Shown piece after piece: positions 29,893-37,812 of a DNA stretch of 64,000 nt. A model generated the notes under the pieces. It saw only the letters and a program-made list of their open reading frames with translations. It was not told the origin of the DNA and made no database searches. This stretch comes from an uncultured Chloracidobacterium sp. (GTDB taxonomy: Bacteria > Acidobacteriota > Blastocatellia > Pyrinomonadales > Pyrinomonadaceae). The stretch lies in the NCBI GenBank assembly GCA_964592865.1, contig CAZQGN010000013.1, positions 11,426 to 75,425 of the forward strand. The letters are read 5' to 3'. The position numbers and the translations under genes are program-made. The first letter of the stretch is position 1, and each line of letters opens with the position of its first letter.

Positions 29893-30261
29893 CTATCTAA
29901 AATGCAGCAGGATCAACGCGATGAGTGCCGGCATGGCCTGGACGAAGAGTATCTTGCGGCTTGCCGTCACGGCACCGAAAATGCCGGCGACGATCACACA
30001 CGTCAGGAAGAATATCAGAATGTGAAATCCCGTATGCCAGTCCCGGCTCATCTCGTACATTCCCCAGATCAGACCGGCAGCAAGAAAGCCGTTGTACAGT
30101 CCCTGGTTCATGGCGAGCGTTTTGGTCGCCGCCGCCTGTTCGGGCGTGTGCCCAAAGGCGCGGAGTCCCGGCCCCTTGTCCCACAGGAACATCTCGAGCA
30201 CCAGAAAGTACAGGTGAAGTACGGCGACGATCCCCGTGACGACGAGTGCGGCGATTTGCAT
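29893..30261 (-). CDS. DUF1304 family membrane protein
   Basis: 4-TM, 122-aa protein with the HLYFLVLEMFLW and NQGLYNGFLAAGL pattern. Confidence 0.75.
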   Translation of the reverse strand: MQIAALVVTGIVAVLHLYFLVLEMFLWDKGPGLRAFGHTPEQAAATKTLAMNQGLYNGFLAAGLIWGMYEMSRDWHTGFHILIFFLTCVIVAGIFGAVTASRKILFVQAMPALIALILLHFR

Positions 30262-30324
30262 AATGATTTTCTCCCGATCGCACGTATGTTACTATTGGCG
30301 GCAGTGTTCGACAAGGCGGTATCT

Positions 30325-31146
30325 ATGCGGTTTTACTCTCGATCAACGGTTCTGACGATCATTTTGGCGGCGGTTTTGCTGGTGCCGGTATTTGGCCAAA
30401 CGGCGACGCCCGCACAGGTCAAACTCGGGTCTGAGACGGCCAAAAACGGCTTTAAGAACGAGGACGAGATCCGCGACAAACTCAATAATTGGCGAGCGGA
30501 CGACGACGCCAAGGTCTGGCTGGGCGCGATGGGATATAAGTTGACCGAGATCGAGGGTGTCACGGCGACCAAGCCGCACGGCGAAAAAGCCGATGTCGAG
30601 ATCGTGGTCAGGACCAAGGCCGGCGAACGCAAAGAGGGCATTTCGATCAAACTCGTCAGCAGCGAGAACGGCTTTAATCAGATCGATAAACGGTGGCTCG
30701 CACACTACGTGAAAATGTGGAAGATACCGGCGGATGTCGAGGCGGCGCTCAAATTGTTCGTCGGTGAAACGCCGCCGGACAGGCCGTCGAAGGACCCGAA
30801 GCGGATGTACCTGAACGAACTCGACGCGGCTACGCAGAAGGCCGTTATCGATTTTTTTACCGCAAATAAGGAGATGATCGTGTCGGACCTTTTCGCCGGT
30901 GACGGTGAACACGCCGCCGGTTGGATCATGGTCGCACTCAAATCGAGCGATAAACCGCGTTGGGTGTTGAGGACCGACGCTTACGCTATCAAATTCTACA
31001 GCGAGGGCAATGTCGAGTTGACCCGCAACGGCAACCTCAAGATCGGCCGCATCACCGTCCAACGCAAGGGCGGCGACGGCGGCCGCGAATCTGCCAAGAT
31101 GCTCCAGTTCAAGATCAATCCGGCACTGCTGTTCGAAGGGAAATGA
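30325..31146 (+). CDS. HinP1I/MspI-like restriction-endonuclease-fold protein with N-terminal signal peptide/TM helix
   Basis: LGSETAKNGFKNEDEI, KADVEIVV...GISIKLVS (D...SxK catalytic pattern), GFNQIDKRWLAHY and ITVQRKGGDGGRESAKMLQFKI resemble my recollection of R.HinP1I. The N-terminus MRFYSRSTVLTIILAAVLLVPVFGQTA is hydrophobic. Confidence 0.6.
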   Translation: MRFYSRSTVLTIILAAVLLVPVFGQTATPAQVKLGSETAKNGFKNEDEIRDKLNNWRADDDAKVWLGAMGYKLTEIEGVTATKPHGEKADVEIVVRTKAGERKEGISIKLVSSENGFNQIDKRWLAHYVKMWKIPADVEAALKLFVGETPPDRPSKDPKRMYLNELDAATQKAVIDFFTANKEMIVSDLFAGDGEHAAGWIMVALKSSDKPRWVLRTDAYAIKFYSEGNVELTRNGNLKIGRITVQRKGGDGGRESAKMLQFKINPALLFEGK

Positions 31147-31225
31147 GGGTTTCGGTCAAATATCCTAAATGACCGAGCCCAATATGGCACTGTCGCGTCT
31201 GCGATCGCGTCCAGGCTGGGCCGAT

Positions 31226-32041
31226 CTAAGGTCGTCCATCGCTAATTAGACCTGCCAACACGCTCGGTTCGGCTTCGGCCGGGATCGCATGAGCACAATT
31301 TTCCAGTATCTCAAGCCGCACATTGTATGCCTGTGCGGTACGCTCGGATGACTGCCGCGAGACCATAAAGTCCTCGGCTCCGGCCAGTACGATAACGCGG
31401 CACTTGACGCTCGAAGGGTCCGGTAGCAGCGTATTCATTTCATTGCCGGCACGCCACGACTCTTCCTGCAAGGAGGAAATAAAGCTCCGTACAACAGCAT
31501 CAGGCGTGTTTCGGTGAAACAGCAGCGACTTCGCTATCCGCTCGTTATCGTACAATCGACGGAAACTGCGTCTGAGGGACGCGGCGGCAAATGTCCACGG
31601 ATGCTTTCGAGCCATCCGCATGCCATCCGCCCTCATGCCGTCAACCGGCGACGACGCAACCAGGACCAAAGCGTCGAGATCGGCACGTGCCGCCGTGAGC
31701 TGGGCGATGAGCCCGCCCATCGAATGTCCGACGAGCGTTCGAATCCGCGGGTAGCTCGACAAAACAGTCAGCACATCTTCTACGTAGTCATTGATGCCGG
31801 CGTTCTGGAGAACTTCGTGCCCGCCGCTCTTGCCGTGGCCACGCAGATCGACCGCGGCACCTCCGCGGCCGGTTTCGTCGAGGTACTTCAATAGCGGTGC
31901 CCAAGCCTCGGCGGTCTCGGTCGCGCCGTGTACCAACAAAGATTCGGGTTCTGCCGTTGTCCGTGTTACGGCAAGCGAACCTCCGCCGGGCCGGCTAATG
32001 ATCTCTGTTCTCAACTTCATCTTCACGAGGGCCGATACCAA
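31226..32041 (-). CDS. Alpha/beta-fold hydrolase
   Basis: GHSMGG nucleophile elbow, an upstream HG.....W region and a C-terminal CAH (His) motif. Confidence 0.8.
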   Translation of the reverse strand: MVSALVKMKLRTEIISRPGGGSLAVTRTTAEPESLLVHGATETAEAWAPLLKYLDETGRGGAAVDLRGHGKSGGHEVLQNAGINDYVEDVLTVLSSYPRIRTLVGHSMGGLIAQLTAARADLDALVLVASSPVDGMRADGMRMARKHPWTFAAASLRRSFRRLYDNERIAKSLLFHRNTPDAVVRSFISSLQEESWRAGNEMNTLLPDPSSVKCRVIVLAGAEDFMVSRQSSERTAQAYNVRLEILENCAHAIPAEAEPSVLAGLISDGRP

Positions 32042-32173
32042 ACAGTCTCGATGAACATCCCATTAATATTTTACAAAAATCGAACGGCGAAAGTATGCTC
32101 GGGCTACCGCGAAGCGGCAAAAATGCAGCGACCCGGGATCTCCCAGGCACTGGTCTTCGGTTGGAAATAGTAC

Positions 32174-32202
32174 TTGACAGGTGTATAGACAGGCTATACA
32201 CT
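32174..32202 (+). promoter_or_regulatory. higBA promoter with embedded operator-like inverted repeat
   Basis: TTGACA (32174-32179), then GTGTATAG-acagg-CTATACAC (32181-32201). The right arm supplies a TATACA/TACACT -10-like hexamer, and the GTG start of higB is at 32209. Confidence 0.55.
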
Positions 32203-32208
32203 CATGTT

Positions 32209-32487
32209 GTGATCAAGTCCTTTCGGCACAAAGGCATTGAGCGTTTCTTTACGACCGGATCGAAGTCAGGCATTCAGCCGAAGCATGCTGACAAGCTCCG
32301 CCGCCAGTTATTTGCTCTGGACAATTCGAGGATGGCTGAAGATATGAACGCTCCAGGGTGGCGTCTGCATCAATTGAGAGGTGAACTCGATGGCCACTGG
32401 TCGATAGATGTCAGCGGTAATTGGCGACTCACATTTGCATTCGAAGGCGAAGATGCGGTTCTCGTCGATTATCAGGATCATCACTGA
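32209..32487 (+). CDS. higB: Type II toxin, HigB (RelE/ParE superfamily, 'killer protein')
   Basis: (M)IKSFRHKGIERFFTTGSKSGIQPKHADKLRRQL..L and WRLTFAFEGEDAVLVDYQDHH are the classic HigB pattern. GTG start. Confidence 0.85.
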   Translation: MIKSFRHKGIERFFTTGSKSGIQPKHADKLRRQLFALDNSRMAEDMNAPGWRLHQLRGELDGHWSIDVSGNWRLTFAFEGEDAVLVDYQDHH

Positions 32488-32496
32488 GGTGGTTTT

Positions 32497-32772
32497 ATGC
32501 GTATGTTTGATCCGCCCCATCCGGGCACCGTATTAAGAGATTATCTTGGCAATGTATCGGTGTCGTCCGCTGCTTTGCACTTAGGAGTGACGCGGGCGAC
32601 ACTCTCGCGCATCCTCAACGGCAATGCGGGCATTTCTGCTGAAATGGCCTTGAGCCTGTCCGAAGCTCTCGGTACCAGCCCGGAACTTTGGATAGGGATG
32701 CAGTCGCAATATGACCTGTGGCGGGCATCAAAAAATCGCCGCCGGAAGGTTGTTCGACGTCTAGCGGCGTAG
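32497..32772 (+). CDS. higA: Type II antitoxin HigA (XRE-family HTH)
   Basis: PHPG..L.....LG.S...AA..LGV.R..LSR.LNG...IS.EMAL.LS and W...Q..YDL. Starts 10 nt downstream of higB. Confidence 0.85.
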   Translation: MRMFDPPHPGTVLRDYLGNVSVSSAALHLGVTRATLSRILNGNAGISAEMALSLSEALGTSPELWIGMQSQYDLWRASKNRRRKVVRRLAA

Positions 32773-32879
32773 TCGAGTATTGACAGGGTGGTATGAGATT
32801 TTCAAAAAGCCAGGTCACCGGAGCCGTGATAGTGCTCGCAATGATCCTGGCTGTTGTGCTGCTGCGTATGTACCTGATC

Positions 32880-33305
32880 TCAGCTTACTAGCTTGGCGTC
32901 CATCGTGATCTCGGCGTTAAGGAGCTTTGAGATCGGGCAGCCTGCCTTGGCGTTGGCGGCGCAGGTCTGAAAATCATCTTCGGTTGCCACGGGTACATTT
33001 GCGGTTACTTCGAGGTGGACCTTTGTGACGGCAAAACCCGATTCGAGTTTTTCGAGCCTTACGGCCGCGGTGGTGTTGATGCTGGCCGGTGTGAACCCCG
33101 CGTTGGTCAACTGGCCCGACAGTGCCATCGAAAAGCAGCCGGCGTGTGCCGCCGCGATCAACTCTTCGGGGTTGGTCCCGATCCCGTCCTCAAACCGCGT
33201 GCTGAACGAATATTGTGTGTCCGCGAGAACACCGCTCTCAGTCGTTATCCGTCCGCCGCCTTCCTTGATAGTGCCATTCCACTCTGCTGATGCTTTTCTT
33301 AACAT
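32880..33305 (-). CDS. osmC: Peroxiredoxin OsmC
   Basis: Alignable along its length to E. coli OsmC (TESGVL, GTNPEELIAAAHAGCFSMALS, AKAGCPISKLLNAEIT). Confidence 0.9.
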   Translation of the reverse strand: MLRKASAEWNGTIKEGGGRITTESGVLADTQYSFSTRFEDGIGTNPEELIAAAHAGCFSMALSGQLTNAGFTPASINTTAAVRLEKLESGFAVTKVHLEVTANVPVATEDDFQTCAANAKAGCPISKLLNAEITMDAKLVS

Positions 33306-33488
33306 AGTTTTCTCCTTGAATTGTGTGATATCCAAGTCTAACACGAACCGTCCGCGAACCTGTCAGGCGGCTATTTTCTGGAATAGGTCGCAGTTTACTT
33401 ATTCATGATTCGGTCTTCGTTATTCAATATTCGCCACCCGCTGTCTCCATATCTCAACCTCCGATATTCGCGAACGCTCAAGGAGTTA

Positions 33489-33779
33489 TCACTTCGTTGG
33501 TTTTTTTTCTCGCGTGGCAAGCGTGTCTTCAGTGATCGTAATGCGCTTTTGATGTACGTAAAGGCAGAGATTCACCCCAGCGTTCTTTCCCGCCGTCGTC
33601 GAACGGCTGTAGGTATTTAACTTGGCAAGCGCCTGACCCAACCCGAAGTGCAATTTGAGTGCTTCCTCAAACGAGAGAATCATGTTTACGCTTGCCCGAG
33701 CATCTTCGGCTGGAGCGGGGCTCAGTTTTGCAACCGATAATGTTCCAAATGATGATTTTGTTTTCTTTTCTTGTGCCAT
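33489..33779 (-). CDS. Hypothetical 96-aa protein, last gene of the MTase/DUF262-HNH string
   Basis: ORF 30 nt downstream of the nuclease stop, on the same strand and with the same low-GC composition. No motif recognised. Confidence 0.4.
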   Translation of the reverse strand: MAQEKKTKSSFGTLSVAKLSPAPAEDARASVNMILSFEEALKLHFGLGQALAKLNTYSRSTTAGKNAGVNLCLYVHQKRITITEDTLATREKKPTK

Positions 33780-33809
33780 TTTATTCCTTCACTTTGTTGT
33801 ATAGGTTTC

Positions 33810-34976
33810 TTATCTATTTCCCTTCGCTTGATTGTGCGTCTTGCACAACATCTCGCAGTTCTCGATGCTTGATGCTCCGCCGTTGCTCCAGGCTGTTACG
33901 TGGTCGGCTTCCATTTCGGCGAGCTTCCAAATTCTGGTTATGTTTGAATCGTGACCGATCGCGCAGAATGAGCAGTTTGAAACGCCTGCGGCCTCGGCAG
34001 CTTGGGTTTGTTTTGTGTAAACCGTGGTTTTGGTCGCGGTGTCGAAGAGCCTGATGTCGAGAAGCTGCGGCTTTTGCGAACCGTCGAGGATATATTCGAA
34101 CACACCTTTCTTATTGTTTACATAAGGGTCGGCATAGAGCTTTTTGACCATTTCCGATATCTTTTTCGGATCGTATGAATTCTTATGATACTTCTCGTAA
34201 AAACTGCCCCACTCGAGTCCTTTCATTTCTTTTGGGACGTCGATGAATACGCTTGAGACCCAATCGATCACGGTGTTGAAGTAATTCTTCAATTCGGTGA
34301 TATTCGTGTCGTTGCGATGGGCGCTCATGTATTTGCCGATGTCGCCTTTGCTGACCCAATCGAGAGCACGTTCGAGAAACTCCTGTCGGTTCGCACTGCC
34401 CTTGATGTAAGCGCTCCACTTTTGAATGTTGGCGTTTTGGCTGTTGCTGAATTCGGTTTTAGCAAGCGTAACAAAAGGCCCTGAATAGATAGCGTTCAAC
34501 AGTTCTTGGGCGTTAAGCGGAATGCCCGCGATGTTTATGGTTTCGAACCATTGCTTGATCTCGGTCTCGGTGCCTTCGCACTCGTAGATGAGGAGCTTTG
34601 AGTTTTGAATAAACTCGCGTTGGTCGGCGGGCAAGCTGTCGAAGTATTTCGGATTGCTGTTTTCCATTATCGGGAACTTGCCTGTCACAAAGCGGCCGAT
34701 ACTGGTGATACGCTGTTGGCCGTCGAGCACTTCGAATTTGTCTTCGCCGACCTTGTTAAAGTAAATAAGCCCGAGCGGATAGCCTTTGAGAAGCGAACGA
34801 ATTACATCTTGCTCACGCTTGCCGCCGCCGTCTGCATAGATAAAGTTGCGTTGGTATTCGGGCTGGATCGTCAGCTTTCCGCCAAGGCCAAAAAGCCCTT
34901 TGCCCTCATACGAGTTGTACGTGAACCCGTCGCAAATATCGGCGATTGTGATGTCGGTGTTAAGTGTGGTAATCAC
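33810..34976 (-). CDS. DUF262 (ParB/Srx-like NTPase/nuclease domain) - HNH endonuclease fusion
   Basis: DUF262 signatures IQPEYQRNF and [13 protein letters not shown]-terminal HNH: CSFC...[32 protein letters not shown]. The GTG start overlaps the MTase stop (GTGA). Confidence 0.85.
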   Translation of the reverse strand: MITTLNTDITIADICDGFTYNSYEGKGLFGLGGKLTIQPEYQRNFIYADGGGKREQDVIRSLLKGYPLGLIYFNKVGEDKFEVLDGQQRITSIGRFVTGKFPIMENSNPKYFDSLPADQREFIQNSKLLIYECEGTETEIKQWFETINIAGIPLNAQELLNAIYSGPFVTLAKTEFSNSQNANIQKWSAYIKGSANRQEFLERALDWVSKGDIGKYMSAHRNDTNITELKNYFNTVIDWVSSVFIDVPKEMKGLEWGSFYEKYHKNSYDPKKISEMVKKLYADPYVNNKKGVFEYILDGSQKPQLLDIRLFDTATKTTVYTKQTQAAEAAGVSNCSFCAIGHDSNITRIWKLAEMEADHVTAWSNGGASSIENCEMLCKTHNQAKGNR

Positions 34977-36127
34977 TTCTTATCTCCCTTTCGTCGATGT
35001 CGGATTACAATGCGCTTGTACATGCGTGAACGGTTTACAATCGGACCGTTCCAAAGCAACTCTCGTCCCGAACTACTGACCTCCACGGACTTAACTGCAC
35101 CTAAATCGTCGCCATGTTTGCCACCTTCGAAACATCCGATAATTTCAAACTGGTCGGGGTTGTACTTGTCGAGGAAAGTTATTGGAACGCCCATCATGCC
35201 GTCATAATCGCTAGGAATCTCCTTATATGTAGAAACCTCAATTGCATCGAAGTTATCGTATCGATCGTAAGTTTGTTTTCCCTTGAGACTCTTACTGAAA
35301 CGCAGGTTATCGGCCATCGTCATCAGCGGCAGTTCCTGATGTCTTCGGCCATGATCGAGATTCGTAAACCACATGATGCTGCCCATGCTGAAATACTTTA
35401 TTCCATTTACGACCTTCTTGCGGGATTCGGTCTTTATGTCGTAATCGTCTTGCACCTGGAACCATTTCGTTCCACCATTGTCAGCACCGAGCCACATCTT
35501 ATCTTCCTTGATGAGTGGAAAAATCTCCTTGTAAGTGATCGCGTTTTGGCTCCCAATTATAAGAAACTTCTTCTTGTATTCGACAAGTTGCGCGACATAT
35601 TCACGAAAAAGCGAGAACGGTGGATTTGTTACTACGATGTCGGCTTGTTTTAGTAGTTCGATGCATTCGGGTGTGCGGAAATCGCCGCCTTGTGTTAGCG
35701 GTTTGCGCTTGTGCGGGTTTTGCTCGAAGAAAAGCTTAACGTCCTCGATGTCCGTCATGCCGTCTTGGTTGATATCCGTAACTTCCTCGATCTCGAACGC
35801 GACGGCCTTTGGCCTTTCACGCTTGCCGTTTCCTTCGTCGTATTCCAGCAGACTAAATTGATGTCCCGCAATAGGCGAACCGTCATAACTCGCAGTGACA
35901 AGTTTCTTGAGTCCCAACTTGTTGAAATTAGCCGCAAAGTATTTGAAAAAATTACTTTCAAAAGGATCGTCGCAGTTGCAATAAACGACCTTGTCGCGAA
36001 AAGTGTCGGGATCGTATTCGAGATAAGCCTCGATCTCTTTTCGGATATCGTCGTATTGCGTGTAAAACTCGTCTTTCTTCGCGACCTTAGCAGCGTTTAG
36101 ATCGGTGTTTTGGGAAGTAGTCGGCAT
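34973..36127 (-). CDS. N6-adenine DNA methyltransferase, EcoRI-methylase-like family
   Basis: N-terminal KDEFYTQ...[18 protein letters not shown] block and catalytic [10 protein letters not shown] (NPPF). Confidence 0.85.
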   Translation of the reverse strand: MPTTSQNTDLNAAKVAKKDEFYTQYDDIRKEIEAYLEYDPDTFRDKVVYCNCDDPFESNFFKYFAANFNKLGLKKLVTASYDGSPIAGHQFSLLEYDEGNGKRERPKAVAFEIEEVTDINQDGMTDIEDVKLFFEQNPHKRKPLTQGGDFRTPECIELLKQADIVVTNPPFSLFREYVAQLVEYKKKFLIIGSQNAITYKEIFPLIKEDKMWLGADNGGTKWFQVQDDYDIKTESRKKVVNGIKYFSMGSIMWFTNLDHGRRHQELPLMTMADNLRFSKSLKGKQTYDRYDNFDAIEVSTYKEIPSDYDGMMGVPITFLDKYNPDQFEIIGCFEGGKHGDDLGAVKSVEVSSSGRELLWNGPIVNRSRMYKRIVIRHRRKGDKK

Positions 36128-36206
36128 CAGACGTAATTATGCCACGAGAGAACAAATGTGGCTAAATCCATGATCAAAGAGCGGCGTCACACAATGCAAT
36201 TGATAG

Positions 36207-37031
36207 CTAATTTGCGTACGCATGAACAATGCTGCGAGTGAATGTCCCATTATTTAAATTTACCTGACCTTCAACTCTGACCTCAAAATTGAATTTAGCG
36301 ATACCAAGAATCGCACCCTTCATCTGGCACTGATATGTTCCGTAATATGTCCATCGAACTTCTTGGTAGGCCTCTGTCGTAAGGGCTGTCTGGTCACATC
36401 CAATGCCAACAAAATCAGAAGCAGGATGCTTCTGCCTTGCGGCGGAATTCGCGGCCATCAGCATTTCGTCTCTCATCAAAGGATAGACCTTTTGCAAACC
36501 CTTGCGAATATCCTCCGGACCAAGATTGGTTTCGGATTGGTTTGTTAGGTTAGATGGCGCAACCTGATCTGGGATACTCAATTGCTGGGGTCTCGCTGAT
36601 GGAGTTTGCTCGCTTCTCTCTCCATTTGACGACTTAGGTTCGGGAACCGCGACCCTGCCAAAAAAACCGTAGGCGATTACTCTTTCTGGCTGCGATATGA
36701 CGTTAATCGACAGAGTTGAGTAAACAACTCGGTCTTGATAAGTAAAATCAAGCACGCCCAATTTTTCACCAATAACTCCCGCTCCATAAACCAATCCATG
36801 CTTTGCCAATACAGCATTTCTAAGCTCGGCCTCTGTTGGCTTGGTAGCCACAGCCACCCCACATGCGATCACAAACAAGACAATTAGAATGGCCGCGAAT
36901 GCCGAAGAGAGCCCGCCCGAAGAAACAGCCTTTTTTGAGCTTCGGGCGGAAATCGGATGTCCGCATTGAGGACAGGCTTCGGCAAGAGCCGAGACCGAGT
37001 GACTGCACGTTGGACAATTGGTAAGGCTCAT
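36207..37031 (-). CDS. Zinc-ribbon / single-TM protein with a C-terminal domain of unknown function
   Basis: CPTC-x12-CPQC zinc ribbon, the TM helix LSSAFAAILIVLFVIACGVAVA, low-GC composition and the same strand as the MTase. Confidence 0.55.
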   Translation of the reverse strand: MSLTNCPTCSHSVSALAEACPQCGHPISARSSKKAVSSGGLSSAFAAILIVLFVIACGVAVATKPTEAELRNAVLAKHGLVYGAGVIGEKLGVLDFTYQDRVVYSTLSINVISQPERVIAYGFFGRVAVPEPKSSNGERSEQTPSARPQQLSIPDQVAPSNLTNQSETNLGPEDIRKGLQKVYPLMRDEMLMAANSAARQKHPASDFVGIGCDQTALTTEAYQEVRWTYYGTYQCQMKGAILGIAKFNFEVRVEGQVNLNNGTFTRSIVHAYAN

Positions 37032-37533
37032 AAGTGTCAGAAGCAACCAATCCTAAGACGTTGGTGGAGTGACTTTTTCTCGGGTGGTGGCGTCAAACTT
37101 CGAATTGTGAATATCGAATATAGAACAATGGGTATGATATCTACGCACGGCGGTCCTGACGCGGATCGGTCGTAAATGTTGGCGTTGTTCATAGGGACGA
37201 TGAACCTCCGAATTTTTCCGTATTACCGTGAAGATTTGGTGTAGGTAGATAATACGCGCGTTTTGATCTAAGTCAAACGGAAAAAAGTCGGCATAGATGG
37301 TCATTGGTCTGTAGGATCAGGGTTCGGAACCGGGAACCTCGGAAAATAATCGGATCTTTGTCGTTGCATATATCGTATATCGTTTTATAGCTGCATTGCG
37401 GCCGTCGATCTTTGAAAATCAAATTCTGTGTGTTGGACAGCAGCCGCTGTTCGAGCCGAAGCCATCCTTTGCCAAGCCAAAGGAACATCGTTCCATCGAA
37501 CCGCGACGTTCTTCAACCCGTGAAACATCTCGC

Positions 37534-37659
37534 GGACAGCCGGGACACTCGGGACACTCGGGACAGCCGGGACAGCCGGGACAGTCGGGACAGTCGGGAC
37601 AGTCAGGACAGTCAGGACAGTCAGGACAGCGTGGACAGTCGGGACAGCGTGGACAGTTC
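37534..37659. repeat. Tandem 9-bp repeat, 14 copies (GGACAGYCR)
   Basis: Counted directly. Unit variants are ggacagccg, ggacactcg, ggacagtcg, ggacagtca, ggacagcgt and ggacagttc. Confidence 0.95.
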
Positions 37660-37673
37660 TGACTAATTGTCGA

Positions 37674-37769
37674 ACTGGCCGCCCGCTAACGCAGGCGGTT
37701 CTGACACTGGCCGCCCGCTGACGCAGGCGGTTCTGACACTGGCCGCCCGCTGACGCAGGCGGCTCTGAC
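37674..37769. repeat. Three head-to-tail copies of a 32-bp palindrome-containing unit (REP/BIME-like)
   Basis: The unit actggCCGCCCGCtgacGCAGGCGGttctgac occurs three times with 1-2 substitutions. Its internal 8-bp imperfect stem has a 4-nt loop. Confidence 0.95.
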
Positions 37770-37812
37770 AAGAGCAAGCACGGATACTTGCTCTCAATTC
37801 GGGTGTCGGTGG

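Noticed and set aside
31151-31178. Short inverted repeat TCGGTCA-N11-TGACCGA between the HinP1I-like gene and the hydrolase. It resembles the ATTCGGTCA/TGACCGAAT repeat upstream of the S8 gene.
   Set aside because: The arms are only 7 bp. A match of this size is expected by chance in 64 kb, and the position fits a weak bidirectional terminator hairpin.
32793-32891. 32-codon ORF just after higA encoding a hydrophobic peptide (MRFSKSQVTGAVIVLAMILAVVLLRMYLISAY), considered as a type I toxin-like small membrane peptide.
   Set aside because: There is no properly spaced Shine-Dalgarno sequence or promoter. Its 3' end overlaps the convergent osmC stop region. An open frame of this length is plausible by chance, so it is not called without expression or conservation data.
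37053-37304. 83-aa minus-strand ORF in the AT-rich spacer beside the zinc-ribbon gene.
   Set aside because: No recognisable motif, no start context and it sits in a low-complexity AT-rich region. It could be a gene remnant, but the sequence alone does not support it.
37328-37350. tRNA-like T-arm string (gggttcggaaccggg) in the non-coding stretch next to the island, considered as a tRNA fragment or att site.
   Set aside because: No acceptor stem, anticodon arm or cloverleaf can be built around it, and the GGTTCGAATCC consensus is not met.
37396-37662. 88-aa ORF ending in a collagen-like G-x-y run (GQPGHSGHSGQPGQPGQSGQSG...).
   Set aside because: The Gly-x-y pattern is a by-product of the 9-bp DNA repeat. 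The other frames and the other strand are also open across it. There is no RBS or signal peptide, and the non-repeat N-terminus has no protein-like features.
37674-37769. Possible CRISPR array (regular ~32-bp palindromic repeats).
   Set aside because: The three units are directly contiguous with no unique spacers. There are only 3 copies, no leader and no cas genes in the window. It fits a REP/BIME-like tandem repeat instead.
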